DNA of 63,771 nt, filler included, from Stramenopiles sp. TOSAG23-2 (Eukaryota): NCBI GenBank assembly GCA_900128395.1. It is 24 parts of 24 records of this genome, joined end to end, with 100 filler letters (N's around TTAATTAATTAA, not from the genome) between each part and the next. Parts side by side here need not be neighbours in the genome. Positions count along the whole stretch, not along the records: positions 24,051 to 26,616 come from LT651653.1; positions 26,717 to 29,281 come from LT651654.1; positions 29,382 to 31,945 come from LT651655.1; positions 32,046 to 34,608 come from LT651656.1; positions 34,709 to 37,270 come from LT651657.1; 19 more parts are not named here. One strand, given 5' to 3'. Made by a program: the position numbers and the translations under genes. Shown here one piece after another: positions 25,170 to 37,370 of this stretch (position 1 is its first letter; each line of letters opens with the position of its first letter). The notes under the pieces were generated by a model. That model was not told the DNA's origin. It saw only the letters and a program-made list of their open reading frames with translations, and did no database searches.

Positions 25170-25689
25170 AAAAAAGCTATAGACACACAAGTGTAATATA
25201 TATTTTTTTGTCTTTAAAGAGTTTGTACACAACCCTGTTTTTATCTTTTATCTCCTAGACTATATGTATGATACAGTATACTCGTACGTATATATATAAC
25301 TCTCCAATTAAACATGAATATATAAAAAATTCTCTTATTTATAATTTAAAAGATTTTATTTAACTCATAATATTATATGTAAAACACTAAAAATGATTGA
25401 ATACTACGTAAAATAATATAAAAGTAATTTCATATAAAATAATATTTTACACTTCATTAAAAAATTTTACACGAGTCCACACAAACGTTTTTCTATAAAA
25501 TTATATACGGAGTACTATTAGCGCAGGATTTATATGCATACCAGTGTTCATTTTAGATAAATTGAATGTATTTTTTATAATATATATAACAATTACACAT
25601 ATATACGTGTGACATACCACCAGATTAGCTTCTCTATTATATCCATTTTGGTGTTGTAAATATTATTTCTTTTCTTCTTTTTGTAATTT

Positions 25690-26274
25690 TTACAATTCAG
25701 GTTTTGGACCTTTTCCTGTGTATGTTATTGATGCAAATGTTGATTCGCCTTTATATAAAGCAGGCATGCCTCCCCATGGTCTCTCGTTTGAATAATAGGT
25801 AGCTGCTAATGTTTTTCCATTTTCACTAACTTGGCTACTTGCACAGTTACTATTACTAAAAGAGTCTTTTAAAAAGATTTGTTTCTTCCCATGTTCAGGA
25901 TTTTTTAATTGCCGGTACGCAGCAGTTGTTGAAGTATTATTATTATTATTATTATTATTTGATGTTGGAGTTTGCAATTGTTCTATTATTTTATTTAGTT
26001 CATCGTTGTTATTCTTCTTTTTGGTTCCAGATAGTAGTGTATTATTTGTATCTAAAGGAATCTTTTTAGCAATAGAATGGAGAAACGATAATCCATTCAC
26101 AGTATCACCACGCAACTTCACCGTTCGGTTTAAAAATTTGTCATTATTTTTACCAACACTATATACTATTTCATTTGTACTCATTAAGTTTACACCACCA
26201 AACGCTTCCCTACGTTGCTTCGGCGGCGACCTTCCAGACAATGTAGGACGTTGCATATTTGTTTTCAATCGCAA
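25690..26274 (-). CDS. Hypothetical protein
   Basis: About 190-aa ORF with the poly-Asn tract typical of genes here. Confidence 0.6.
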   Translation of the reverse strand: MRLKTNMQRPTLSGRSPPKQRREAFGGVNLMSTNEIVYSVGKNNDKFLNRTVKLRGDTVNGLSFLHSIAKKIPLDTNNTLLSGTKKKNNNDELNKIIEQLQTPTSNNNNNNNNTSTTAAYRQLKNPEHGKKQIFLKDSFSNSNCASSQVSENGKTLAATYYSNERPWGGMPALYKGESTFASITYTGKGPKPEL

Positions 26275-26500
26275 TTATTACAATTTATATGTATATATAT
26301 ATATATAGAATATATGTAACAGATAAAAAAAAATTGTTTTTGCGTTATTTTTCTTCTTTCTAACTATAGATATTTTAATTTGTGATTGGTTTTAATATTA
26401 TTTTTGTAGATATATGTGTAAGTTTATTATTATTATTGAACGTACTCTCTTTTAACACTACATTTATTACCATTATACAACTTGCATATTTTTCGGTTGC

Positions 26501-26616
26501 ATTTTCCATCAAATTTCATCAAAATCATCATTTTTTTCAACTTAAATTTTAGTAATTCATTGTTATGATGATGGATTTTTCATTTCATTACAAGAAAACA
26601 AAGGAAAAATATTGAA
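26501..26616. repeat. Dispersed repeat, inverted homologue at ~56064-56176
   Basis: TTTTCCATCAAATTTCAT...TTTTAGTAATTCATTGTTAT..TGATGGATTTTTCATTTCATTACA.GAAAACAAAGGAAAA shared. Confidence 0.8.
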
Positions 26617-26995
26617 NNNNNNNNNNNNNNNNNNNNNNNNNNNNNNNNNNNNNNNNNNNNTTAATTAATTAANNNNNNNNNNNNNNNNNNNNNNNNNNNN
26701 NNNNNNNNNNNNNNNNGGTCAAAACCGCCTTCTATTCCCCTGGTAGCCGAAAAAGTCGGGAACACAGCATACCAGGCTAAGGCAGGGCATCATACTCACC
26801 ACCACCACCACAAAAAGTAGTATATTTTTTTCGAAATTATTTCATATTTCAAAAAGATACGTATTCCTGGTATTATATATGTACGATATAAGATGTGAAT
26901 TGATATGCTTCTACAATATACATATATATATATATATACATATACATACAATACGCTAGTATCAGATATAGAATCACAAATATAAAGAAACAACA

Positions 26996-27565
26996 ATGGG
27001 TAACAAAGCAGCAAAGAAAAAGAAAATAGCGGAAGCAGCAAAATTAGCGAAAGCAAATGCAGCAGCGGCAAAAGAACAACAAAAACCTGAAGTTACAAAT
27101 GAAAAAGTAGTGGAAGTTGCCAATGTTAATGAAATATCAGCAGAGCCAGTTGTCATAACACCACCAAGGAAAAAAGAAACTATCGCTGTAGATTTAGTTG
27201 CTGTGAAAAAAGCCGTCGATGCAAGCTCAACAGTCCAAGAAGCGAGACGAATTGCAAGAGAAGCAAAAGAGCAAGCTAGTCGTGCTTCTGTAACTGCAGA
27301 AGCAATTATTAAAGAAACTCAAGATATTATTAATAAAGATAATAATACGGCTGAAGAGAGTAATACGGCTGAAGATAATAATAAAGCTGAAAATAAAAAC
27401 GATGATGATAACAATAGTGACAATAATAATAATAGTAGTAGTACGATGAAAACAACGTTACCTGTAGGCCATACATCATATTCTTGGATTTCAAAAGACT
27501 CAGATGATGTACCTTTTGGTCATACAAAATTTTCCTTTTCTGGAAAGTTGGTTGCTGCATGTTAG
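26996..27565 (+). CDS. Hypothetical Ala/Lys/Glu-rich protein
   Basis: 189-aa ORF; duplicated C-terminal motif PVGHTSYSW / PFGHTKFSF. Confidence 0.7.
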   Translation: MGNKAAKKKKIAEAAKLAKANAAAAKEQQKPEVTNEKVVEVANVNEISAEPVVITPPRKKETIAVDLVAVKKAVDASSTVQEARRIAREAKEQASRASVTAEAIIKETQDIINKDNNTAEESNTAEDNNKAENKNDDDNNSDNNNNSSSTMKTTLPVGHTSYSWISKDSDDVPFGHTKFSFSGKLVAAC

Positions 27566-27853
27566 CTAAATTGGTGATAAGTGATGTGTGGTATGTATAA
27601 TACGTTCGTATCTTATTTTTTATTTTATCACACATAAAAATGATATTTTATACTTTTTTATTTAATACCTGGGTAACAAAAAGTGTAAAAAAATGTTTTT
27701 TTATTATTATATATATTAAAATAAAATAATTTTTTACACATTAATATAATCATTTTTTTTTAAAATTGGCTATTAACATATTTTACATTTTTATTAATAT
27801 TTCTAATTTAAAATATAATATATATAAAATAAAATAAAATATACTATTTATTT

Positions 27854-29281
27854 TTACAAATCATTATTAATAAACACATCCTCTTTTAATGGATTTAATC
27901 GTAAATAAACAAACATACTCATTAAACCAAGCAATAACAATAATAAAAATAAGAAACGTATGTTCTCGCTTTGACTTGCAGTTGCACTTTTATCATCGTC
28001 GTAATTTGATTTGACTTGTATTATGCCACCTTCCGTTAAATGAAAAGTTACATCGACCGCTACTTCACCACCTTTGCCACGTTTTGAAGATGGTATGAAA
28101 AAATTAAATTCGCCCATTTTATGATTTTTATTTGCTACTTCATCTTCACCTTCATATATACGTACTGTTACACCTGGTTGGTTATCCTCAAATGTTCTAA
28201 ATGATTTCGTAACTTTACATGGTATTTTTGATAAACGTTGTAATAATGGAATAAATTTACCATTCGCATCTTCTAAACCAATACTTGTTGGTAATACATC
28301 CATCATCAATACATCTTTTAACATATCATAATCTACACCTGCATACATTGCTGCACGAATTGCAGCACCTTCAGCAACAACTTGATCAGGATTAATTGAA
28401 GTACATAATGTTTTGCCAGTAAATATTTCTTCCATTTTTTTACAAATAATTGGTGTACGTGTACAACCACCTACCATCACAATTTCATCGATTTCTTTTG
28501 GTTTTAAATTTGCATCATCCAACGCATTTTGAACAATATTAATGCATCTTTTCAAAATTGGTTCAATCATTTTATTAAATTTCTTACGTGATAATGGTAT
28601 ACGGATAGGCTTTTCCTCTTTTTGTACGTTGACGCCATCTTTAATTTCACATTGAATGCCATTCCTAATTTCATTTCCTAATATGATAAAACTTTTATCG
28701 TTACGAGATAAACTTTTTTTCGTCATTTTACAAGCGTCTTTGATCCGTGTAAATGTTATTGAACGATGCGAAAATCCTAACAATTTGCATAATTCTTTCA
28801 CGTCATCATTATTATTATCTTTTCTATTTAAATTTGACATCATAAGCAATTCTTTTAAACAATACAAAAGGATTAAATCATCAATATCATTCCCACCTAG
28901 ATTATTATCCCCAGCAGTACATAATACATCAATATTCCCATTGTCAATTTTTAAAATACTAGTATCAAAGGTGCCACCACCCAAATCAAATACAAAAACG
29001 TGTTTCCTACCAGTGATGCCAAGCCCATAAGCTAATGCAGCTGCTGTTGGTTCACTTATTATTTTCACATCAACAAAACCAGCTTGAAATGCTGCTTCCA
29101 ATGTTGCTAAACGTTGCGAATGGTTGAAATGTGCTGGAACGCTGATGACGGCAAATTTTGCAATCTTCTTGTCATTGAAATACAGTTCACATTTCGTTTT
29201 TAAATGAGATAAAATTAAGGATGATATTTCTTCCGGGAAAAATTTCTTTTTATCTTTATCTTGAAAAATTTCAACTAAAAA
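27854..29281 (-). CDS. Hsp70-family protein with C-terminal hydrophobic anchor, 5' truncated
   Basis: VPAHFNHSQR, IISEPTAAALAYG, VFDLGGGTFDTS, IVMVGGCTRTP, NPDQVVAEGAA, EDNQPGVTVRIYEGE. Confidence 0.92.
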   Translation of the reverse strand, partial: FLVEIFQDKDKKKFFPEEISSLILSHLKTKCELYFNDKKIAKFAVISVPAHFNHSQRLATLEAAFQAGFVDVKIISEPTAAALAYGLGITGRKHVFVFDLGGGTFDTSILKIDNGNIDVLCTAGDNNLGGNDIDDLILLYCLKELLMMSNLNRKDNNNDDVKELCKLLGFSHRSITFTRIKDACKMTKKSLSRNDKSFIILGNEIRNGIQCEIKDGVNVQKEEKPIRIPLSRKKFNKMIEPILKRCINIVQNALDDANLKPKEIDEIVMVGGCTRTPIICKKMEEIFTGKTLCTSINPDQVVAEGAAIRAAMYAGVDYDMLKDVLMMDVLPTSIGLEDANGKFIPLLQRLSKIPCKVTKSFRTFEDNQPGVTVRIYEGEDEVANKNHKMGEFNFFIPSSKRGKGGEVAVDVTFHLTEGGIIQVKSNYDDDKSATASQSENIRFLFLLLLLLGLMSMFVYLRLNPLKEDVFINNDL

Positions 29282-29704
29282 NNNNNNNNNNNNNNNNNNN
29301 NNNNNNNNNNNNNNNNNNNNNNNNNTTAATTAATTAANNNNNNNNNNNNNNNNNNNNNNNNNNNNNNNNNNNNNNNNNNNNAATGTCATTGTTTCGATAT
29401 TTCGATCTCGCTCCTAATCACTTTTAAGTTTTGTACTTAATTTTGTATAACACAATTATTTGATTTTTTAACAACTGTGGCGTAGGCTTAGCTTTGTGCT
29501 TTGTATAGGACATATAGGAAAATATTTAACACAAGATACTATTGATTTTTTACACAACTTTGTCAAAGTGGCGTAGGCTTAGAGGAAAATATTTAACACA
29601 AGGTACTATTGATTTTTTACACAACTTTGTCAACGAACTTCGTAGATAAAAATATATTATGATTCATAAACCATATGGTAAAATAAAAGTTAAATCATCT
29701 TAAC

Positions 29705-31609
29705 TTATTCATCCTCAGCATATATAAGTAATTTTTGATCCACGTCGACATTATCTCCAGTGGCAACTACAACATCAGCTATGACTGCTGACTTTTCCGC
29801 GCGGATACTATTATGCATTTTCATAGCTTCTATTACACCAATTTCTTGTCCAATTTCCACTTTGTCTCCAGGTTTAACAGCTAATGAAACAATTATACCA
29901 GGCATAGGGGATGCAACAAACATACTCCTATCCTCAACTTTTTTTGGTAACATATATTTGCTAAGTTCATGTTCACGTTTTGTTCGTACTACAGTATCTG
30001 TAATTGCACCACGGAATCCTAATTTGTAACCTAATGTAGATTTTTCTAACAAATGAACCCAGATAACTTCTGAATCAACCTCCATTTGAAATAATTTGTC
30101 ATTTGCTGATAATAATTCCACTGGAAGCAAATTATCGATTATTTGATTTTCTATTTCCACAACTAACTCATCAGAATTATTAAATGTTTTTTCCAAAAAT
30201 TCCGCTGCAGACGCTAATTGTCGAACCTCTTTTTCTGTCAATTGAACGCCTTGAAATCCATCAGGATATTCTTCTTGGATGTATTCCGTACAAATATTTC
30301 CTTCGATATACCTATCCGTTCGGCATACATCTTGAATAAAAGGAATATTGTGGCTTATATCACCAATTTGATATGCATCCAACGCCGATGCTAAATTTGC
30401 AATAGATTCTTTGCGATCTTTTCCGCCAGCAATTACTTTTGATATCATAGGATCGTAATACATACTAATTTCGCCCCCTAATGAAACACCGCTATCCACA
30501 CGAACGTTTGTAGGTTCTTGATACGTTACCAATGGGCCTATAGATGGCAAGAAATTTCTGAATGGACATTCTGCATAGACACGAGCTTCCATGGACCATC
30601 CCTCGTATGGAACAGAGCCTTGCAATTCCTTTGGCAACTCCAACCCAGAAGAAACTCGGATCATTTGTTCCACTAAATCAACACCAGTAACCATTTCAGT
30701 TACAGGATGTTCAACTTGAAGGCGTGTATTCATTTCCAGGAAGTAGAAATTCTCTTCATTATCTGCAATGAATTCCACTGTACCAGCGGAATGGTAGCCA
30801 ACTGATTTACACAACATAATTGCTTGCTCTTGCATTTTCTTTCGAGTTTCTGCGCTTAGCAATGTTGATGGTGACTCTTCCAAAACTTTTTGGTTACGTC
30901 GTTGAATAGAACATTCACGCTCTGGAAAGGCAGCATAATTACCATGTTTATCACCAATGATTTGAATCTCAATGTGACGTGATTCATATGGACAAACAAA
31001 TTGTTGTATCAACATACGATCATCACCAAAAGAAGCAGCAGCTTCAGTTTTGGCTAAATGATAACCTTCCTTCAGCTCTTCTTCTGTCCAAGCAATACGC
31101 ATCCCTTTGCCACCACCACCAGCTGAAGCTTTCATGATAATAGGATATCCAATTCCAGCTGCAATTTCCATGGCATGTTCTGTAGTATCTACTTGTCCGT
31201 CAAAACGTTTGGCACAACTTACACCAGCTTGCTCTGCTATTCGCATGGATTCAATTTTATCCCCCATCGAGTTTATAGCATGTTCATTTGGTCCTATGAA
31301 TTCAATATTGTTATCCTTCAAAGTTTTAGAAAATTCTGCATTTTCAGATAAAAAACCATATCCAGGATGAACGGCGTCTGCACCTGTTTCTTTAATAGCT
31401 TCCATAATTTTTGGAATTTGAAGATAGCTTTCTGCTGAAGTAGTCCCACCAAGTGCATATGCTTCATCAGCGAAAGCAACGTGATCAGCATGCCGATCAA
31501 CATCAGAATACACAGCCACGGTCTTAATGTTTAATCTTTTTGCTGTTTGCATGACTCTAATCGCTATTTCGCCACGATTTGCTATCAGAATTTTTTTAAG
31601 TTCAGGCAT
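29705..31609 (-). CDS. PCCA: Propionyl-CoA carboxylase alpha chain (biotin carboxylase plus BCCP)
   Basis: KILIANRGEIA, HPGYGFLSEN, GDKIES, FLEMNTRLQVEHPVTE, FLPSIG, YYDPMISK, EAMKM; a transit peptide may lie on an upstream exon. Confidence 0.85.
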   Translation of the reverse strand: MPELKKILIANRGEIAIRVMQTAKRLNIKTVAVYSDVDRHADHVAFADEAYALGGTTSAESYLQIPKIMEAIKETGADAVHPGYGFLSENAEFSKTLKDNNIEFIGPNEHAINSMGDKIESMRIAEQAGVSCAKRFDGQVDTTEHAMEIAAGIGYPIIMKASAGGGGKGMRIAWTEEELKEGYHLAKTEAAASFGDDRMLIQQFVCPYESRHIEIQIIGDKHGNYAAFPERECSIQRRNQKVLEESPSTLLSAETRKKMQEQAIMLCKSVGYHSAGTVEFIADNEENFYFLEMNTRLQVEHPVTEMVTGVDLVEQMIRVSSGLELPKELQGSVPYEGWSMEARVYAECPFRNFLPSIGPLVTYQEPTNVRVDSGVSLGGEISMYYDPMISKVIAGGKDRKESIANLASALDAYQIGDISHNIPFIQDVCRTDRYIEGNICTEYIQEEYPDGFQGVQLTEKEVRQLASAAEFLEKTFNNSDELVVEIENQIIDNLLPVELLSANDKLFQMEVDSEVIWVHLLEKSTLGYKLGFRGAITDTVVRTKREHELSKYMLPKKVEDRSMFVASPMPGIIVSLAVKPGDKVEIGQEIGVIEAMKMHNSIRAEKSAVIADVVVATGDNVDVDQKLLIYAEDE

Positions 31610-32308
31610 GGTGTTATTATTTGTTGTTGTATAATTGCCAATCCCTCAAATCTAAAAATTATCTTAAATGATTTGAAATAATTCTTTATACAATTGTGTT
31701 GTATAAAATATGCTATGTAACTATAAGTTCCTTTCGTAAATCTTTAATTTCATATCTTTATTTATTATATCTATTGCTGCTGGCTGGCCCGCTGGCATTC
31801 ATTATTTCGTTGGACCAAGTTTGTTTAGTTACCGGGTAATGTAGAGATAAATAGTGTGTTTTACAATTGCCTAAAATATCTATTTTTGATAAATAGGTGT
31901 GGAAAACCTAATAAGATAATATGCTTTATTTTATACCCATTTAATNNNNNNNNNNNNNNNNNNNNNNNNNNNNNNNNNNNNNNNNNNNNTTAATTAATTA
32001 ANNNNNNNNNNNNNNNNNNNNNNNNNNNNNNNNNNNNNNNNNNNNTTCATTGTCCATCTTTCAGTTTAGTGAGATAGATTTGTCTCAGTTATTGTATTCT
32101 GGAGAGTAGGAATTATCATGAGTAAATTAAAAATAAATTTAATGCATTAATTAAATATATACAATATTTATCAATATTATTAATATCATACGAGTCCGTA
32201 ATTTGAAATAATTCGTCGTACAGAGTGTATATATGATATCATAGAAAAAGAGATTTAAATTTCAAAAAAATATTAATTTTTTTTCATTTTTAACGCGCGC
32301 TCATGCAC

Positions 32309-34273
32309 TCATACACACTCTAAATCATTGTGTTTGTCTTTTGAGTTGCTACTACTACTGCTTTTCTCCTCTTTTTTCTTATTCTTATCATCCTTATTCA
32401 TATTTGTCAATCTACTTGTCAATGAACTTGTTGTAGCTACTTTGTTACTGACAAAACTCATGGCATTTTTAAACATCGATGTAGCTTTTTTTCCAAACAA
32501 TTGATTTGCAACTTCTTCATCAAAAATACTGTCACCACTACTACTAAAGCGTCTTCTACTAGATGATGATGTAGAGATGATTAAACCACCATCTGCTCTA
32601 CCACCATTCTTATTTAATAACAAACTTTCACATTTCTCATATCCTTCTAAACACGCACTTAAATAATGAAAACCTTTTTGTAAAAATAATAATACAAATC
32701 TACTAACTATAAACATATCATTTGTGTTGGACAAAAATATAAAATGTTTATTACCATCCATTTCTTTAAAACTTTGTAATATTGCTTCCAATTCTTCAAT
32801 ATCTGCACCTTCTAATAAAGTTGGATCTAAATTGAAACTTTGCGCAAAATGTTTTTCTTCATACAATTGTTTTGGACGGCAATCTAAAAGGAAAAAATCG
32901 AAATTGACTTTCTTTGCTTTAGTCTTCTTATTTATTTTTTTTGTGGTTGTGGTTTTATTATGACTATTTCTTTGTAAATATTGAATAATTTCAACTGGCT
33001 GAATAGGTAAAACCAGTAATTGATGCAATGCTTTTTGTAAAATATCTAATGATGTCTCGATAATAATATCATGATTTGCTGCTAAATTATGACGAGTTAT
33101 GTCACTTGCAGCGGTATCATATACAAATTTTAATGCTTTTAAATATTTATACGAATTATTATTACCATTAATATTATTACTAACATCAGCTGCAAACGAC
33201 ACTTCATAAATTATTTTTAAAAATGTCTTTGGTGTTTTCTTACGTAATTGTTGTGCTAATTTTATTATCTTTTTAATAAATTCTACCGGTGATGATGATC
33301 CGTTGGTTTCTTTTATTTGGTTTGCATCAAGTGATGATGGAGACTTAACGTTTACATTCTCAAATAATTTTGATGTAACACCTGGTAATTCACTTATATC
33401 ACAATTTATTATTTTATCTCGATTCAATATTAAAATTGCTAAACAAACGAAATAATGTTGATATGGATATTGATCAGTAACCAATTCCATTAAATAATAA
33501 TCCCACAATATATACAATGCATTTAAAGGCAATGTTCGACTGAAACACGTTACAAACCATGGTGTTGCATACAATTCAGGGACTATATCATTCTGATCCA
33601 ATATCATACATAATTGTGGGTCGTGATATATAAACAATAAGTGAAATACTTTAAAACTATGTTGCAAGCTTTTAAATTCTTCATCTATGTATATATTGGG
33701 TAAAATTTTATTCACAAATGCATAATATAATTCAAAAATGGCACCTGGTCCAATACTAGTACTATCAAATTCATCATCATCGGCTTGGATTCCCTTCTCG
33801 TCATTATTTAAAAACGATTTATCCAGCATTTTTAAAAATGGGGCTAATACAAAATTCAATCCTTGGATATATTTAATAGATCTTCTTTTGCAATAAAAGG
33901 TTAAAATATTTTCCATTAATGCACGAGTTGTTTCTTTTTTAAAATATGGATCACTTGCGTTGGTTCTTTTTGCATCTGCTTTTATCGTACGTTGGTTATC
34001 CATATCATTTTCAGTAGTTAATAATTCTTTTTTCAACAATGCATCTGTACTTCGTTGTATATGTGTTTTTTCAAGACGTAATAATGAACAATATAAATGT
34101 GGTCGTAAATTGGGTGTGATAATATCTTCACCTTTTTGAATAATCTCATGAATGGTAAATAAATTTGGTCTCCGTTTTTTTAATTCTTGTGTTAATTGTT
34201 TTCTTAAATTGATTGTGTCGTTGTTGTTGTTGTTGTTGTTGTTATCATTGTTGTCTGTTACAATTGACGCCAT
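32309..34273 (-). CDS. TBC domain plus rhodanese protein (TBC1D23-like)
   Basis: IKADAKRT, ILTFYCKRRSIKYIQGLN, YHDPQLC..LDQ..PELYATPWF, FFLLDCRP..YEEKH. Confidence 0.88.
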   Translation of the reverse strand: MASIVTDNNDNNNNNNNNDTINLRKQLTQELKKRRPNLFTIHEIIQKGEDIITPNLRPHLYCSLLRLEKTHIQRSTDALLKKELLTTENDMDNQRTIKADAKRTNASDPYFKKETTRALMENILTFYCKRRSIKYIQGLNFVLAPFLKMLDKSFLNNDEKGIQADDDEFDSTSIGPGAIFELYYAFVNKILPNIYIDEEFKSLQHSFKVFHLLFIYHDPQLCMILDQNDIVPELYATPWFVTCFSRTLPLNALYILWDYYLMELVTDQYPYQHYFVCLAILILNRDKIINCDISELPGVTSKLFENVNVKSPSSLDANQIKETNGSSSPVEFIKKIIKLAQQLRKKTPKTFLKIIYEVSFAADVSNNINGNNNSYKYLKALKFVYDTAASDITRHNLAANHDIIIETSLDILQKALHQLLVLPIQPVEIIQYLQRNSHNKTTTTKKINKKTKAKKVNFDFFLLDCRPKQLYEEKHFAQSFNLDPTLLEGADIEELEAILQSFKEMDGNKHFIFLSNTNDMFIVSRFVLLFLQKGFHYLSACLEGYEKCESLLLNKNGGRADGGLIISTSSSSRRRFSSSGDSIFDEEVANQLFGKKATSMFKNAMSFVSNKVATTSSLTSRLTNMNKDDKNKKKEEKSSSSSNSKDKHNDLECV

Positions 34274-34708
34274 AATTTTTACTACATATGGAACAATTTT
34301 TTCTTCGCTGTATATCTCGTTTTACGCTATGTTTTGAAACTGTTTGGATATGTTTAGTATTGAGTTTTTTATATAATTATTGATTTAAATTATTATTTTA
34401 TTATTTCAATTATTATTATTTTTTTTCAACATAAAAGGCAGTTTATTTTTTTACAGCAGGTATAGTAGTAGAATAGTAGTAGAAGAATACCAGGTAGCTA
34501 TACTATATGTAAAATTTTAAGGTATTTATATCCTAATTTTATTTGTCTAGATATTCGTCTTGGTATGTGAATAGTATAGTGATTGTTTACACTATATAAT
34601 TAAGAAAGNNNNNNNNNNNNNNNNNNNNNNNNNNNNNNNNNNNNNNNNNNNNTTAATTAATTAANNNNNNNNNNNNNNNNNNNNNNNNNNNNNNNNNNNN
34701 NNNNNNNN

Positions 34709-34833
34709 GATATTTCTATCATATATTTTTAATATTTTCATTTGTTTTTTGGAATTTCGGATAATCACGACAAAAAAGTTCGAGGTTTAGCATTCGAATA
34801 GCATTAACTTTCGCACGAACGACACATGTTTAA
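34709..34833. mobile_element. Right half of a second copy of the TTAA MITE family
   Basis: Homologous to 15025-15148; ends CGAATAGCATTAACTTT...ACATGT|TTAA. Confidence 0.8.
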
Positions 34834-35086
34834 TGTACATCAAGAATTATAAAATAATTGAATTTGCAGAGAATTATGCATAATTATGTAAGATATATGT
34901 GTATGTGCAGTGGTATTTATGATTTAGATTAGTTAGTCACATTCTTTTTGTTTCTTTCTTTTTTTTTTTTGTTAGCTTTGCTTGTATGATTGTTTTGAAA
35001 AGCAATATTGATGGTAGTATATATAATAATAGTTTTTTACAAATTATTAAAAAAAAAAAAAATAATAATAATAATTCAAAATTAAA

Positions 35087-35965
35087 ATGTCAACATTGTT
35101 TCAAAGAATTATTAAAAATTCAATAAAAATTGTTGCATTCTCCGCGATAACCATAGCGGTAGAAGTAGCGATTTTAGCATATCGAACGCCTAAATTACCA
35201 GAAGCGCCAGGGAAACGTACTGGAACATGTAAAAACAATAAACATATTAAAGAAGTGAGAAAAGATAAAGCAGATATGCTGCTTTTAATTTTTGGAGATA
35301 GTGTAGCAGCTGGTGTTGGTTGTGAAAATAATCAAGTTGGATTTGCAGGGTGTGTTGCAAAGGAACTATCAAATGTTTGTATAAATAAAAATTTAAATTG
35401 GAAAATTTTAGGTAAAAGTGGTTATACAGCAAAAGATTGTGAAGAAAAATTAATTCCTATCTTGGAAAGAAGGAAACAAAAAAATATAGAAAAAAATATA
35501 ACAATAAAATATGATATATGTGTCATATCAATTGGAGTAAATCATGTATTAAGTTTTCATAGTCCATCTACATATGAAATTGAATTAACAAATATGTTGA
35601 AAACATTATATAACGTTTTAAATAATAATAATGATGATGATGATACAAAAAAAACTTTAATATTAGTAAATGCGATGCCGCCGATGGAAAAATTTCCACA
35701 AATATCATATTTAAAACCATTAAACTTACTTGTTGGTTATTATGTAAAATTAATGACAAATGTAACTAAAAAAGTATGTATGGCAAATGAAAAAGAATTA
35801 AATACAATATGTGTGGAATGGAGTGAAACAGGGATTGATACATCTACTGAATCAATTAAAAAAATGATGGCACCTGATGGATTTCATCCAGCACAACCTG
35901 CAAATGAAATCATGGCTACACAAATTACAGAGATTTATAAGTCAAGGATAGGAAGAAATGTGTGA
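35087..35965 (+). CDS. SGNH/GDSL hydrolase
   Basis: FGDSVAAG, GKSG, SIGVN, DGFHP blocks. Confidence 0.9.
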   Translation: MSTLFQRIIKNSIKIVAFSAITIAVEVAILAYRTPKLPEAPGKRTGTCKNNKHIKEVRKDKADMLLLIFGDSVAAGVGCENNQVGFAGCVAKELSNVCINKNLNWKILGKSGYTAKDCEEKLIPILERRKQKNIEKNITIKYDICVISIGVNHVLSFHSPSTYEIELTNMLKTLYNVLNNNNDDDDTKKTLILVNAMPPMEKFPQISYLKPLNLLVGYYVKLMTNVTKKVCMANEKELNTICVEWSETGIDTSTESIKKMMAPDGFHPAQPANEIMATQITEIYKSRIGRNV

Positions 35966-36171
35966 TTGTTTGTGTGTGTGTGTGAAGAGTGGTAAGAGTG
36001 TGTAACCGGGGGTTTACTAAAGTGCGTCGTGTAAATTAATTTTTTATATGCATATGTAAATATATTATAAAATTACAAAAATACGGCTCGTAAATATTTT
36101 TTATTTTTAATTCTTTCTATACGCTTTGTCACACTTCTCATTATCACTTCCTTAAACATATTAATCATATT

Positions 36172-37270
36172 TTATTTCAACAACTTATACCGATCATCCT
36201 CTTCAATCAATTCAATGACTCTGGTGACAACATCATCCATCATATTCAATCGTAATACTTCACGTTGGAATTCATTTTTAATCGATGGATGAGCTTGTTT
36301 TAAATCAATCATCCTGGCATCTATTTTCTTATTTAAATTATATTTCACATCTTTGATTTTCTTAAAATAACCTTTACTTATTATATCTGGCCAAAGTTCA
36401 CATATATTATTTTTTTTATCACGAATTAATAAAAATCGAAATATATTAAACGAACTGCAATAGATATCAATGGAATTATAGATATCACAACCATACGCAT
36501 GATTATCTTCAAACATGTTTCTACCATTGTTATTATTACCATTCGTTTCATTGATTTTATCCAATACATACCATAATAACTCATTGATTTTATTACTAAT
36601 ATAATATATATCAACAACATTTTCATCACTATGCATATTACTACTACTGCGCGCTGCAGGATAATAACGTTGTACGTATACCAATACACGATCTAATAAC
36701 AAACCAATAATATTTGTATATGGACAAGTTTCAACTATTGCATATATTAAATTATATGATGTATTTGGTGTAAATAAATCAATAAATTTACAAACATATT
36801 GCCAACATTTATTTCGTAACATCATGGATTCTTTACTATTACCTTTAATAGTACAAGTCAATGTTATCATTGCTTCTGCAAATGCTAATACATCACCATC
36901 ATCATTTGGTTTTGGATTCTCTTCATTGCGTAATAAATGTATTTCTTCTTGAGTTAAATTTGGACAATCAATTTGATTATATTTCAATAAAATATCATCA
37001 TATGCAAAATCAATGATCCATGTCATCATTTCAATACCACGTCGTTGTATTATATTTAATCCACCATCATCGTTTGTACCACGACCACCACTACTGCTCG
37101 TATTTAATATCATAAAACGAATAATAGGTATAAATAAACGAACTACATATTCTTTTGAATATACTTGTGGAAAATAATACAAATCGATACTAAAATCATG
37201 TGGCTCCAAAAGTGTAAAAGGAAAAATTATTAAATCAAACACCATTGGAAAAATTACATCGTGATTTTCA
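36172..37270 (-). CDS. Glomulin/ALF4-like protein, C-terminal part
   Basis: CPYTNIIGLLLD, SSFNIFRFLLIRDKKNN...LW and LNMMDDVVTRVIELIE resemble the glomulin C-terminus. Confidence 0.65.
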
Positions 37271-37370
37271 NNNNNNNNNNNNNNNNNNNNNNNNNNNNNN
37301 NNNNNNNNNNNNNNTTAATTAATTAANNNNNNNNNNNNNNNNNNNNNNNNNNNNNNNNNNNNNNNNNNNN

